Assembly (NCBI RefSeq): GCF_036321535.1
Contig: NC_087436.1
Location: 117,120,001-117,184,000, forward strand
Direction of reading: 5' to 3'
DNA length: 64,000 bases
Origin: Camelus dromedarius
Lineage: Eukaryota
The position numbers and the translations under genes were made by a program. Shown here in pieces: positions 63,790-64,000 of the stretch. The notes under the pieces were generated by a model. It made no database searches, was not told the DNA's origin, and worked only from the letters and a program-made list of their open reading frames with translations. Every line of letters starts with the position of its first letter. Position 1 is the stretch's first letter.

Positions 63790-64000
63790 CAGTTCCAACG
63801 TGTGGGTTCTGCCCCTGCATCGAGCAATGTGTCCTGCGATTCAGCTCAGTTCTGACACCACCCCCTGGACGCAGCGTCAGGGCTCAGTCCGCCAGGACTG
63901 CCTCACCGTCAGGGCTCATCCAAGTCCAGGTCGTCACCTGTGCTTCTGACCGACGGGCTGTAAATGAGAGGGTCCCAGGACCCCTCCTAGATTCAGTGCA
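63790..64000 (-). mobile_element. MER21-like LTR fragment (runs off the window)
   Basis: TCAGTTCTGACAC...CAGGGCTCAGTCC...GTCACCTGTGCTTCTGACCGAC.GGCTGTAAAT resembles MER21 as recalled. Confidence 0.55.

Overview
Mammalian genomic DNA, most likely a camelid, judged from four tRNA-derived SINEs with the GGGTATAGCTCAGTGGTAGAG...GAGGTCCTGGGTTCAATCCCCAG head. The window opens with what I recognise from memory as the end of the WDR1 3' UTR. It then holds the 5' half of SLC2A9 (GLUT9 urate transporter) on the + strand: the GLUT9b-type first coding exon (29392), the GLUT9a-type first exon (34639), and shared exons of 99 nt (37260), 161 nt (54665) and 146 nt (62121). The main observation is that this copy looks decayed. 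I cannot find the 125-nt exon that normally lies between the 161-nt and 146-nt exons, and joining those two directly shifts the frame to a stop at 62251. The surviving exons also carry changes at strongly conserved residues (YGYN>CEYN, loss of the N-glycosylation sequon, GG>SG, PMY>PTH, prolines in a TM helix). Intron 2 contains a CpG-rich antisense promoter apparently built from an ancient LTR. The rest is dense repeat sequence, including a U6/L1 chimera, a nested Tigger1, solo ERV LTRs and local AT-to-GC shifted tracts. Repeat family names and all human/mouse comparisons come from my recollection and were not searched; repeat boundaries are approximate unless TSDs are given.
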